This document shows, piece by piece, positions 38,506-52,290 of a stretch of DNA of 64,000 nucleotides. The stretch is from positions 33,703,867-33,767,866 of the forward strand of contig NC_069005.1 in the NCBI RefSeq assembly GCF_001194135.2, in the 5' to 3' direction. The notes below the pieces were generated by a model, which worked only from the letters and a program-made list of their open reading frames with translations, did not search any database and was not told the DNA's origin. The stretch comes from Octopus bimaculoides. Lineage: Eukaryota. Position numbers and translations under genes: made by a program. How positions within the stretch are numbered: the stretch's first letter is position 1; each line of letters starts with the position of its first letter.

Positions 38506-38847
38506 AATTGTTTTGTTTTGTTTTTTGTTCGAAGTTAGAGTTAAGGGATTTATATTAGGAGATTTATTGGGTTAAGGTTTAAAAATAAATTAAAGATAAA
38601 GTAAAGAATTAATATTTATCTCATAGTGTGATGAAGTAAGGTAGATAGAAGAGGGGTAAGAGATAAGGTAGAAATAAGAGTTATAGAGATTATAAGAGTA
38701 TGCGTTAATGATCATAGGGGTTTGTACGTGGGTGCTATTCGCAGTGGAACGGGGGGTTTACATTTAGATTTATGAAAGAATTTCAAAATGCGGAAGAATT
38801 TGTGCTTACACGTAGTGAAGGCCGCAAATCAAATCCAAAAACGAAAT

Positions 38848-39027
38848 AAAATACAGGAGAATCAGAAAATTATGATTTTATTCAACATATTCTCCTCTCA
38901 AATTCGCACATTTATTGCAGCGGTCCTTTAGTTTTTCTAAACCCTGTAAAAGAACTCGGAATGTTGGGTCTCCATCCAGGCCCTTCGTAATACCTTTGAA
39001 GCCAGGAACATTACAGCACTCCTCGTA
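38848..39027 (-). mobile_element. Mariner-derived MITE, 5' TIR plus transposase C-terminal remnant
   Basis: The minus strand begins TACGAGGAGTGCTGTAATGTTCCTGGCTT (TA plus TIR). It encodes FRVLLQGLEKLKDRCNKCANLRGEYVE*, a mariner C-terminus. It overlaps in sequence with 14296-14420. Confidence 0.8.
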
Positions 39028-40464
39028 CACACACACAAACACAGACACACACGCATATCTAATTATATGCCTAGGTATATGCATACAGTTGTTTGTATTT
39101 GAATTGCTGTTGGCTCTTTGAAAACGATCTGCTGCCATCCACCATTTGGTTTCTCTAATTCCCGCCTTTTAACACGTTCTGTCTGTTTGTCTTTTAACCT
39201 GGTGGAGTGGATTTTGTTGAGGGTGAAAAGCAAAGAAATAACACAAAACGCAACAAACGTATAATAAAAATAAAACAAAACGATGAATCACAACACATCC
39301 GTACACATATATACACACCTACACATACCAACACACACATATATAAATAGACACGTAAACACGTTCACGTAAAGAGTGATATACACGAATGTATACATAT
39401 ACATGTACACATACAGACATACACACAGAATTTATCGGTTTCCTCATCTCTTTGAAACCCAACGCCACTATTTACATGTTTGGCAAAATTCCAGCCAGGT
39501 GATACTGTATGTATATGGACGCGCACACATGCGCGCGCGCGCGCGTTTATGTATGTATGTACGCTTGTGTGGTCGTGGATATATATGTCTTATCTATGCA
39601 CGTGTGCATATATATATATATGTATACATATATATAAATATGTATGTATATATCTATATATGCACATGTGTGTGTATATATATATATATATATGTGTATA
39701 TATACATGCATTTATGTATATATCTACATATATGTACTTGTGTACGTGTGTATATGTAAACACGTGTACGTGTATCCATAGTTATGTCTATATATATGTA
39801 GGTGTATGTTAATACGTCTTTATGCATATATATATGTGACTATGTGTACGTGGAGGGAGAGAGAGGGACAGAGTGAAAAAGAGAGAGGGAAAAAAGAGAG
39901 GGAGAGAAAAAAAGAGAGAGAGAGAGAGAAGATTGTGGTCGATATTGTGAGAGGGGAAATAGNNNNNNNNNNNNNNNNNNNNNNNNNNNNNNNNNNNNNN
40001 NNNNNNNNNNNNNNNNNNNNNNNNNNNNNNNNNNNNNNNNNNNNNNNNNNNNNNNNNNNNNNNNNNNNNNNNNNNNNNNNNNNNNNNNNNNNNNNNNNNN
40101 NNNNNNNNNNNNNNNNNNNNNNNNNNNNNNNNNNNNNNNNNNNNNNNNNNNNNNNNNNNNNNNNNNNNNNNNNNNNNNNNNNNNNNNNNNNNNNNNNNNN
40201 NNNNNNNNNNNNNNNNNNNNNNNNNNNNNNNNNNNNNNNNNNNNNAGAGAGAGGGACAGAGTGAAAAAGAGAGAGGGAAAAAAGAGAGGGAGAGAAAAAA
40301 AGAGAGAGAGAGAGAGAAGATTGTGGTCGATATTGTGAGAGGGGAAATAGTATGTTTATGTGGTCCTCCGTTCAGTGTCTCCTCTCACCCTTCCTCTTTC
40401 ACTTAATGGAATTTACATGATGGCAACAGTTCCATATTAATGACTATCTATAGTGACATCTACG

Positions 40465-40503
<39 letters not shown>

Positions 40504-40660
40504 TATACTTGCATCTTCACTCATCTGCACTCACTACTACACACACCTACAAGCATCTCTAGTCATGTATATAATGCACATATCTACACACTTGCATTCG
40601 CAGATAAGCATACACAAACATATGCATTCATATATAAATACATACATAAATGCACAAACA

Positions 40661-40701
<41 letters not shown>

Positions 40702-41754
40702 NNNNNNNNNNNNNNNNNNNNNNNNNNNNNNNNNNNNNNNNNNNNNNNNNNNNNNNNNNNNNNNNNNNNNNNNNNNNNNNNNNNNNNNNNNNNNNNNNNN
40801 NNNNNNNNNNNNNNNNNNNNNNNNNNNNNNNNNNNNNNNNNNNNNNNNNNNNNNNNNNNNNNNNNNNNNNNNNNNNNNNNNNNNNNNNNNNNNNNNNNNN
40901 NNNNNNNNNNNNNNNNNNNNNNNNNNNNNNNNNNNNNNNNNNNNNNNNNNNNNNNNNNNNNNNNNNNNNNNNNNNNNNNNNNNNNNNNNNNNNNNNNNNN
41001 NNNNNNNNNNNNNNNNNNNNNNNNNNNNNNNNNNNNNNNNNNNNNNNNNNNNNNNNNNNNNNNNNNNNNNNNNNNNNNNNNNNNNNNNNNNNNNNNNNNN
41101 NNNNNNNNNNNNNNNNNNNNNNNNNNNNNNNNNNNNNNNNNNNNNNNNNNNNNNNNNNNNNNNNNNNNNNNNNNNNNNNNNNNNNNNNNNNNNNNNNNNN
41201 NNNNNNNNNNNNNNNNNNNNNNNNNNNNNNNNNNNNNNNNNNNNNNNNNNNNNNNNNNNNNNNNNNNNNNNNNNNNNNNNNNNNNNNNNNNNNNNNNNNN
41301 NNNNNNNNNNNNNNNNNNNNNNNNNNNNNNNNNNNNNNNNNNNNNNNNNNNNNNNNNNNNNNNNNNNNNNNNNNNNNNNNNNNNNNNNNNNNNNNNNNNN
41401 NNNNNNNNNNNNNNNNNNNNNNNNNNNNNNNNNNNNNNNNNNNNNNNNNNNNNNNNNNNNNNNNNNNNNNNNNNNNNNTTTTGTTGACGATAATAATACG
41501 ATTGTAGTCAGTGACCAGATTTGACTAATGTCCAATCTATTTCTCAACTGTCTTCAATTTATAACCCAGCATAATTTCTAGTCTATGATTTCCAGTCTAA
41601 ATATACCACTGCCTTGATATGCCTGTCGATATATTCAGTCTTTACTAGTTCCAGCTATCAAGAAACACTAATCTCGAAACTTTCAGCATGGTCGCAGTCA
41701 CATGACTGAAACAAATAAAAGAATAAAAAAATAAAAGAATAGTGTTATAAATCC

Positions 41755-42383
41755 CGAATTGTTGAGTATCGAACCTTCCGTCTCTGCTCTGAGTCCAATG
41801 CGCTTGAGCAACAGTTATGATCTCATTTGATCCACATTTTCACTTCGCATCGGGTTTTGGATATTTCTTGTGCTTTGCTCCCTTCGCAGTGTTTTTCTGC
41901 GGTTAAATCTGGCCATGGTATTTCGCATTCTACTTTACTCGTCTGACGTAGATGGTTGTCCCTTTGTTATAAGTTGATGAGGTTTAGGGGCGGCAAAACT
42001 CTTTCGTTAGTTGCCTCAGTTCTCCCTTAAAAAGAATGCCTGGCACCTTACAATTCAGGGAAAGGTGTCATTTGTTTTTACATCCATCGTAACATTAGTA
42101 ATATTAAAGGTTAGTTCAAGTTGAACTGGGACTTGTCCTAAAGGTTTTGGTGAGTACAACGTGCGACATTTGTTTCCAGGTTATGATACTTCTCTACGAT
42201 CAGCATCGTTCTCATTCTGGTGTCCATTTGTTTGGTGTCAATAAACATGAAGTTATTTATCATAAACTGGCTCAGATGGACCGCAGAAGCTCCTTGTCCA
42301 CATCCTTTCTCCGATCCTATAACTATACAGAGATAAAACAGTTGGTGACACTGAGAGTATCATCCTGTCGAGTAACAATATGG

Positions 42384-42390
<7 letters not shown>
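41755..42390 (-). mobile_element. Second R4/Dong-type LINE fragment (RT thumb and downstream linker, heavily decayed)
   Basis: Minus-strand pieces IDTKQMDTRMRTMLIVEKYHNLETNVAR and VQLELTFNIT parallel the 19 kb copy. ENVDQMRS*LLLKRIGLRAETEGSI (to 41761) matches the VD-xx-S-xx-WL-xx-G-x-L-x-ETEG motif. Confidence 0.65.
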
Positions 42391-42447
<57 letters not shown>

Positions 42448-42844
42448 GTATGTATATGTGTGTGTGTGCGCAGGTGCATGAATGTGCGTGTGCATGTGTG
42501 TGTTCTGTGTATGTATGTATATATATATATTGGTGTGTGTATATATGTATGTATATTGCAAATATTAACACTAATGCTGGGCTTAATAACTCAGGAAAAT
42601 ATAATGTTAGTGTGATCTTCGTTATGGCATGAACGCCTGTGAAGAATGGTACTTAACAGAAGAAGAATCGTTTTAAACGCACGGAATATAAATAGGAGGA
42701 GATAGTCTCCGAATTCTAATTCCTTATAAAAATATAGAATACTTTGGAAAGAAAAAGAAAAGAAGAAAAGAAGAAACCCGGAGCTATAATAAAGTTGGAT
42801 GTCGGGAGGGAAGGTCACAGATTGTCATTCAATTCTAGAAGTAG

Positions 42845-42991
42845 CAATAATAATAATAATAATAATAATAATGATAATAATGATAATAATAATAATAATA
42901 ATAATGACGATAATATTAGTAGATGATATTAAACTAAGAAATATTCATACTAAGAGAAAATATATCAACGGAGAATGAAATAATAATAACC

Positions 42992-43023
<32 letters not shown>

Positions 43024-43025
43024 TG

Positions 43026-43056
<31 letters not shown>

Positions 43057-43738
43057 TAATGATAATAATAGTAACTACAACAACAATAATAATGATGTAT
43101 GGCCAGAATACCGATGATGATCATATCGATATTAATAACAGTAATTTTTTTATATTCATATTTTAAACTTCTGTTTTATATATATATGTTTTTTTTTTAA
43201 TTTTTAAAAAATTATTATTATTGATGCAGAAGTCGGTATTGTTGTTGTTGTTATTATTAAAAGCTATATATTATAATTTTTTGTCATGTTAATAATGATG
43301 ACTATTATTATCATATACTGCGATTATTATTATTATTATCATTATTATATTATTTTTATTGTTCTTGTTGTTGTTGTTGTTGTTATTGTTATTGTTGTTG
43401 TTATTCATTTTCATATTATATCTAACATCATCATCATCATCATCGTCACTATTATTATCATCATTATTATTACTAATATTTATTATTATTAATAATATTC
43501 TGTTTCTATGAATATTACTGTGACGAAGATTGCCCTTCTTCTTCTTCTTCTTCTTCTTCTTCTTCTTCTTCTTCTTCTTCTTCTTCTTCTTCTTCTTCTT
43601 CTTCTTCTTCTTCTTCTTCTTCTTCTTCTTCTTCTTCTTCTTCTTCGTCTTCTTCTTCTTCTTCTTCTTCTTCTTCTTCTTCTTGCTATTATTACGATTA
43701 TTATTATTTAAAAGAATCACTACTACTACTACTACTGG

Positions 43739-43827
<89 letters not shown>

Positions 43828-43926
43828 GCGCTGCTCTTATTGAAACATTTAGCTTCTATCAATATTATTTTGACGCTGATAATTGTTATTTTTGTTGTTA
43901 TATTATCATCATTATTGTTATTATTA

Positions 43927-44003
<77 letters not shown>

Positions 44004-44346
44004 GTTATCATTATTATTAATGTTATCATTATTATTATTACTAATGTTACCGTTGCTGTTATTACTATTAACTTTGTTATTGTTGTTATTATTATTATTA
44101 TTATTATTGTTACTATTGTAGTTGTTGTTGCTGTTGTTGTTATTAACTATTGAGGTTGTTAAAAAGGAAGAAAGCAGCTATGTCGGCTGTTTAACGAACT
44201 GCTACACTGCATAGATGCATAAATCAGAAAAAGAAATTTCCTCCGATAATGGCGTATGTTAGGTTTAGATATTAGCGAAGGTTCTGAGTAACTTTTTAAA
44301 TATTATTTCCATTTTTAGATTTATTTCATTTCAATTGAAAATACTA

Positions 44347-44400
<54 letters not shown>
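42845..44400. repeat. Compound trinucleotide region: (AAT)n, (ATT/GTT)n, (TTC)n, (ACT)/(GCT)n, (ATT)n, (AAT)n
   Basis: Direct reading. It includes about 49 TTC units at about 43535-43682. Confidence 0.95.
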
Positions 44401-44407
<7 letters not shown>

Positions 44408-44902
44408 GAAAATTAGAGAATTATTATTTTTTTTGGTTTTTCTTCTCAAAATATCAATGATTATCTTTTCCTCTAATGGCGACCATAAAGTAAAATGTCT
44501 TACACAGGCACATACGCACAGACACGCATACAGACACACGTACGCGCATATACGCGCATACATGTGCAGATACACATACATATATACATATATATATGTA
44601 TATTCATGTATATTAATATATATATGTGCGTGTGGGTGTGTGTGTGTGTGTGTGTGTAAATGTATGTATGTATCTATATTCACATATCTACATGTATAAA
44701 TCATAAGTGTCGGCCCATGAAATCTAATATGGATGTGGGTGGGTGTATGCATATATATATATATATACACACACATATGCACACAGCACTTAAGCACACT
44801 CACGTACATGCACATATCCATTTATATGTACTTATACATACTGTCTTCTTATCTCACTGCCTCAGACATACACGTCTCTTTCTCTGTGTGTCTATATATA
44901 TC

Positions 44903-44949
<47 letters not shown>

Positions 44950-45010
44950 GTATATATGCCTACATACATATGCACGCACATGTGCGTGTATGTATATTAA
45001 TATAAACATG

Positions 45011-45095
<85 letters not shown>

Positions 45096-45961
45096 ATGTA
45101 TGTATACATATACACACATGTATAAGTATACACATAGAGAGGCATGTGTACGTATATATATAACAATCCATCGGCAGACGTTTAACATTTTATATTTAGA
45201 CGTATGCTTCAGTCTGTTCGCAACAACGATGATCTCCTCTCGGAAGTTAATAGAATAAGACTGATTCTAGTCACACGATAAGACAAGTTAATAGATAAAA
45301 ATAATCAAAATCTTTTAAAGAGACGTCCTGAAACAGGATATTGTGAATAGCCATGCCATTATGACTGGAGGTAATATCTTGAAGGTATTTCACTGACGTC
45401 AACACAAATATCTAATGTTCGTAGCAAGACCGGACGAGCTTGAGTTTCATTGAAACAGCTATTAAAAAGCGTTTTACTATAAGACTATAAAAGCAAAAGA
45501 TATATATTGATAACAGAGCTGAGCGAATCTATTTAAATTTATCGCTTTCGTTGTAAAGATGAAAGTTTGCAAGTTGGCGAGGTTATGTGTTAATTAAATA
45601 GGTCAAAGTTATACAACAACTTTAGGTCGGACTACAATGCTGCTGCTGCTACTACAAAATGATATTATAGTGTAATATAATATTTCATCAATTCAAACAC
45701 AGTCATCGATAGAAAGTTGACATTGACGTCGTCATACAAACAACTCGCCATTTCTAAAACGAACGAATTCTTTACAACAATATAAAATAAAATAAAACAA
45801 CACTTAGAATTGGATTGGAAGATGTCTTGCGTTGAAGAGAAATAAAGAATATTGTTTTGTTCGTGTGTGAGTGTTTGTGTTTAGGTGTGTGTTTGTGTAT
45901 GCGTGTGGATGAGTCTGTGTGTGTTGTGTGTGTGTGTATGTGTGTGTGTGAGTGAGAGAGA

Positions 45962-46013
<52 letters not shown>

Positions 46014-46992
46014 GACTGGTGAGGTAGAAGTTGAAGTGGTTGGAGTTACAATGTTAAAAAGGTCAAACAAACAGCGCCATCTCTCAGAGACTAATTATTC
46101 ATCTATAAGGATTATGTCAGAACGACATTTGACAAATATAACAAAGTCAAACTTTTGAGTTCTGTACGATTTGTCTATAGAGAATCTACTAGGGAAAGAA
46201 AGAAAGGAAAGAAGGAAGGAAGAAAGAAAAACGGAGAAAAAGAAAGAAAATAATAATAATAATCCTAAAAAAAAGACAAACGTACAAACACGAAAAACAC
46301 ATTAACAATTTCTCGCTCTTGCTGTTTTGCTGATTACTATAGAAATTTTAAAAGCCAGTCAGTAGGAAAATTTTTTGTAAAAATGCAAAAACAAAAATGG
46401 AAAAAAAAAAGGGATTTTATAGCAAGAGAGAGAAGCATCGCACATTCAAAGACTTTCAGAGCAATATCCATTCTATAATTCCAATGATAGGATGATAAAT
46501 TGGACCCTAATATTGAAAATAAAATTTGTTTCGGCATGAAAAAAGAGGAAAAGAGAATGTTATCGATAATAATATGAATAAGATAGAGAATCGCCAACAA
46601 TCCTCGTTTTACTGTTGGCATCCATTAATATAAAACGCATCACAACAACAACAAAGACAGCAGCATCGGCGGTGGTGGTATACATATTCTATAGAACCAA
46701 CTTCCGACATTAACACACATTACACTGATTATACAACATAAGAACAAAAACCACACAACGCAGACACTACAACAACAACAACAACTACAACAAACATTAA
46801 AATAACAACAGAAACAACAAAATAAACCTGCAATAAAACTAATGTAGGAAGCAAATGTAGGAGTAGGTGTCCTGCCCACATGGATGCGTATACCTCAGAA
46901 ATATGGAGGTGTAGATATTGATGGATAGAGACTTGGGTGACAATGTTGACGACATGATAAAGATTATTATTACTCTGAGTATTATTAAGCGT

Positions 46993-47090
46993 GTGAACTG
47001 ACAGAATTGTTTGCGCTCCGGACAAAATGCTTAGCAGTTTTTCTTCCGGCTCTTTACGTTCTGATTTCAAATCCCACCAAGGTCGACTTT
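46993..47090 (+). mobile_element. SINE family A (5' half)
   Basis: GTGAACTGACAGAA...GGACAAAATGCTTAGC...TTTACGTTCTGATTTCAAATCCCACCAAGGTCGACTTT. Confidence 0.8.
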
Positions 47091-47906
47091 CATATCGAAT
47101 TGGAACAATTAAGGAAACGGTCGTACAAACTATAATCAATCACACACACACGCACACACACGCACACACACATACATACACAGACACACGCCACACAAAC
47201 TTTCACATACACACACAGATACACGCCACACAAACACCTTTACCAGCACCGCTAGTAACAACAGCTGCTCACGGAGAGCTAAAAAAACTACACTAACAAG
47301 GAGATCTCTTCTCCACCCCCCAAGAAAAACATATAAATATAAATAGAACAGACATTCACACACTAAAGGCGGTAGACCTATCAAACCTACACAAACCACG
47401 CACAAGAACAAGAGCAGCAGCAGCAGCAGCAGTAATAGCAACGATAAAAGCAACAACAACAACATTTTGCGATGAAGTTTCTATTTCCAGAATGGTAATG
47501 TTATAGAAAATAGCAATTCATTAACGAACAACTTGTGGAATAACACATTGCTAAAATGGCGACACGCAAACGGACACACATATACATACGCACATACGTA
47601 GATACATACATACATATAATTATATATATATATNNNNNNNNNNTATATATGTGTGTGTGTGTGTATATATATATAAACAAATATACGTAGACATAGGTAC
47701 ACACATATACACAGAGATACACAGATAAACATGTACATACACATGGATGTCTATATGTATGCACGTATGTATGCATGTATATATATATATTACATTTATG
47801 TATATATACATGTATGTATATATATATATATATATATATATAATACTATCCATATCACGTCCTCACTTTGTTGTTTTTTTGTTTTTTTGTTATTGTTTTT
47901 TTGAAC

Positions 47907-47942
<36 letters not shown>

Positions 47943-48012
47943 TATTTATATCAACAATAATAATAATAAGGATTATTACGAAGTGGCATGACACACACAC
48001 GCACATACACTT

Positions 48013-48052
<40 letters not shown>

Positions 48053-48353
48053 TCATCGATATTCTCTTGTAGCGACTAAGTGTACAGTTATTCCGGCGCG
48101 ATTGAGGGATCAAGAGATTTGTTGAGAATAGATCTTAGATTGTATTACTCCAAACTTACACATCCACATATATTCACGCACGCATGTGTGTGCTTGCGGG
48201 TTGGGAAACGAACATGCGTATGCATATATATATATATGTTTGTACGTGTGCGTGTGTGTGTGTGTGTGTGTATGTCTGCTTGTGTGGGTGAGTGTGTTTG
48301 TCTATACATACATTTACACATACTTACATCTACATATGCATCCATATGTACAC

Positions 48354-48391
<38 letters not shown>

Positions 48392-49192
48392 TTGTAAAAA
48401 TGTGTATTACACCTCACATGATGTATGATGTGCGGTTACGCTTGTCAATTGGCTTGCGATAAAATACGATGTTTGTGTGTATATGTGTGTGCGTGTATGC
48501 ATACATACCTACATACACAAACATACACACACAAACACACACACATACATAAAACTACACACACACATCTCAGCATATAATACAAGGTCATACATGATAT
48601 ATTCATTATAGTTGTCATATTTTAAAAGCCATTAAAATCTACCAATAGAAATGTGTGCTAAGACCGATGCTTAAGTTTGATATATGATTTATCGGTTTGA
48701 TATATGATTTATCGATGTATATATGAGGAAACAAATTAGTTGAAATTCAATACATTACTTGAATATAACCATTAAGTTGAAGCGATAAATAACCTAGAAC
48801 AGTCTTCTTAAACATCGATAACTATTCCCTTTGTTGGGGATAAATTCTACTGCAGTTATTTCATTTTAAAATTATTTCATTGTTTTGTGTTATTTCTCTA
48901 TCATTGAAAAATGCATTACGTTCAAACACTTTGGTGTTAGACGTATGTTTGACGTATGTTTGACAAACAGAGAATTGGGAAAACTTTTGTGGTAACTGAC
49001 ACTAGAAGGAATCGAACTTGCTCAATTAGTTTTAAAAATTCAATTTAATGCTTTAGATATCGTAAAATGGAAACGAGGGAATGAATCAAGAAGAAAATTC
49101 AGATCGAACATGAATCAGCCATTGCTCTGGGATTCCGATTGTGACCAATCATATTCGTGTAAGGAAGAAAAAAGTCAGGGATTAATGGAGAC

Positions 49193-49455
49193 ATGATGAC
49201 GATGACGACGACGACGACGATGATAATGATGATGATGATGATGAAGATGATGACGACGATAGTGATAATGACGATGACGATGACAACGATGACGACGACG
49301 ACGACGACGATGATGATGATGGTATGATGAATATGACGGTATGATGAACATGATGGTATTGATGACGATAATGATGATGATGATGACGATGGTGATGAGG
49401 GTGATCATGATGATGATGATGATGACGATGTTATAATGACGACGATGATGATGGT
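49193..49455. repeat. (GAT/GAC)n trinucleotide tract
   Basis: Direct reading. Confidence 0.95.
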
Positions 49456-49780
49456 AATGTTGGTTCAGGCTGGTAAAATAGCCAAGAATTGTGGCAGTAG
49501 GATGAGGTGGGATGGTGAGAGTAGTAATTGGTGAAGTTCTGTTGCCAAAAATCTCACAGTTGTAGTTGGTGGTGGTTGTGGTGGCGATGGTGCTGCTAGA
49601 TGTGGTGCTTGTGGTTGTGAGGACAATAGAGGTGGGGGTGTGTGAATGTATGTGTCTGTGTATGTGTGTGAATTACGGAACTCAGGAGGAAATCTGTGAT
49701 GAAATATCTGTATAGGGTGGCGATTGTTAAATATAGATGTATGCGTATGTATGCATATAGGCACTTATAGTTTTGCTCGC

Positions 49781-49819
<39 letters not shown>

Positions 49820-49891
49820 TGGATTTATCTACATATATATATATCTCATTCTCTCTCTCTCTCTCTAAATATATATATATACATGTATATA

Positions 49892-50114
49892 TACGATGTG
49901 GTAACAAAAAGTTCCAAGACTAGTTCTGTATCAAGAGCGAACCGCAGAAGGTCATCGACTTGTTTACGGATGACGACTCCCAGGTCGCTGGGACTGGTGC
50001 ATTGCTGCGCAAGGCAACTATTTCGAAGGAGACCAGGTAAAAACTTGGCCAAATAACTTACTTTTTTTTATTAAATACAACTAGTCCGGGTACGATTTGA
50101 TATTCACATATGTA
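49892..50114 (+). mobile_element. Internally deleted mariner element (second family) with both TIRs
   Basis: The left end TACGATGTGGTAACAAAAAGTTCCAAGACTAGTT and the right end AACTAGTCCGGGTACGATTTGATATTCACATATGTA are diverged inverted repeats with terminal TA. 49986-50033 encodes RWDWCIAAQGNYFEGD, a mariner C-terminal motif. Confidence 0.8.
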
Positions 50115-50176
50115 ATAACTGGTATAAATGTTATTTATTTAGTTGGGTCTCCAGTCACGCTTTATATTGCATACAA

Positions 50177-50214
<38 letters not shown>

Positions 50215-51689
50215 GAGAGAGGGGGGAAGATATGACGTGTGACAGAGAGGGAGAAAGAGATGAGAGGAGGAGAGTGAGGATGAAAGAGAAAGAGATAGAA
50301 GTCGTGTAATATAAAAGGAACACGGAGAGTGATTTTGGATTCAATTTTCATTCCGTTTTTCTTTTAATATTGTTTAATTCTGTTTTATTTTTAAGTAAAA
50401 CATATTTTTCCTTTGAAAATTAGTATTTCTTTCATTATTTTGTTAAAGCACCAAGAAATCTGTTAAAAGTTAAGTTCTAATTATTGTATACATTTCATGC
50501 TGCTATATCAGCCGTGGCGGCAACATTACATTCGCAAAGTTACCTGTCATTTGACAGATAGTACCCTAGTGCATATAAACGCTTATTTGCATATACACAA
50601 ACGAATACTTAAGCACGTGCACACATAGAATTACAACACATACACGTACACATACATACACACACTTTGTAAATTGGGGAAGATTTTCTGAAATCAAGAT
50701 AAGAAATCATTAAAGTCTGTTATTCATAATCTGGAGTAAAATATAAAAACTCCCCGGGTGGGTGAGTGTTACTTCCAGAATCCTAAGAGGAAATTTGGAG
50801 AATCCCAGTGCGGAAAATTGCTTTTCTGTTAAAAAAAAGTTCTTTATCGTTCTTCTCACTATTAATGCTAGATTTATTTTCGTTAATGTTCCCGTTTAAG
50901 GCTGTTAACGTGAAATTAATATAAAGGTTTTTAATGTTATGTAATAAATACCTGTTAATGTTATGTAATAAAAGGCTGTTAATGTTGTGTTGTGTATTGT
51001 GCTATGTTCAAGATTATTTTGTTCTTATCATGTATGGAGGTGGACTTGGGGTGGAAACAGGGTGGAAATAGGGTGGGGAAATGGTTAGGGAGAAATAAAA
51101 ATAACGATTTGCAAATCTTGTTTTCAAAAATCTGTCGGCTCTTTGTTGCCGTTTCGTTCCTTGTCAATTCTGATATAGACATGAAGTAAAGCGTTACAGT
51201 TATGACCAATTCTCTCTATTTCAGACATAATAATGCACCTTGGATTCCATTATCTTATATATCGATGTCTAAGACAGTAGCGTGTGATTTGAGGAAGATT
51301 TAGCTGTGGTTTCTATGAGGATGATTCTATAGAGAGCCGTTGTTCAATAGAGCCAAAAACATCATCTCCCATTCGTCACGGTAACCGAACTTACCGATTC
51401 CTTATAAACTTAACAGGGGTTATTCTTACCATTGGTGCCGGCGCCGAACCTCGCCAGGTTCCTGGAATTTCTAATTTTATTCTTAGAAGAATTTACCAAA
51501 GTGTTTGACAATGTTGTGTTCGTCATATTATAAATGGCATCATTCTACGGATGGCGTAATCGTAGACTTTAGATTCGCTTTCGTTAATTGCAAATTTCTA
51601 AATTCCAGTGAAGCACTAAAATGGCAAACAAAAAGGTTAAAAAGGTTTGAAATTGAAAAGATTCTTGGTGCCTTTCAACAAGGTTTACG

Positions 51690-52290
51690 GCATGATAATA
51701 GCAGATAAATTGGAACCACGGGAACTCTTTATCTCTCTTCCAAAGGAATGGCCACCGATCTGGATATGTGTCAAAGAATAAGGTTAAAATATATTGATTG
51801 GATTTCTAAACGAGAAGAGAATCGCCTTTGGAGAGAATGGTAAATATTACGATAAGGAGGCAATCTATTTAAATGTATGGTCTTGGAATCGGTGGGTGTA
51901 GAACTTTATTTGGTAAATATCTGAGAGAAGACACTAAATCTTGTCTTAAGAATGAGAGCTATTTTGAGATAAATCTCTAGAATCTGGCATCCACAAGTAT
52001 TTCCTGCTTGTCTGTTAAAACGTATTTAGAAGGAAGAAGTAACAAAATTGGTTGGAGATGGGTGGTAGCAGCAGAAAAGGAAAATTACAATCTTACCTGA
52101 GAATTACAAACAGAAAGAAGAATATTGAAGAATTTGCTTCGGTGGGCCACCCACGAATAGAAAGTTGTGTCTGTATTCACAATGAAGTATTGGAAAGGAT
52201 AAGCGCCATAAATAGAATGGAGAGATTGCCAATTGCCAAGAGCATTCCAAGAAAAATCCTAGGCTGGTATATTTCATGAAATGAAGACTT
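51690..52290 (-). mobile_element. Heavily decayed Penelope-like RT fragment
   Basis: Motif remnants appear in the expected order on the minus strand. They are MKYTSL (MD-x-x-SLY), attcgtgggtggcccaccgaagcaaa at 52133-52158 (about IRGVAMGSK), ISK*LSFL (IS-xx-L-x-FLD), PTDS at 51886-51897, LPFSP (IPFSQ) and cggtggccattcct (about RGYP). There are many stops and frameshifts. Confidence 0.5.

Noticed and set aside
38520-38710. Interstitial telomere-like sequence
   Set aside because: It is only loosely G/A/T-rich (GTTAAGG, GTTAGAG) and has no run of TTAGGG.
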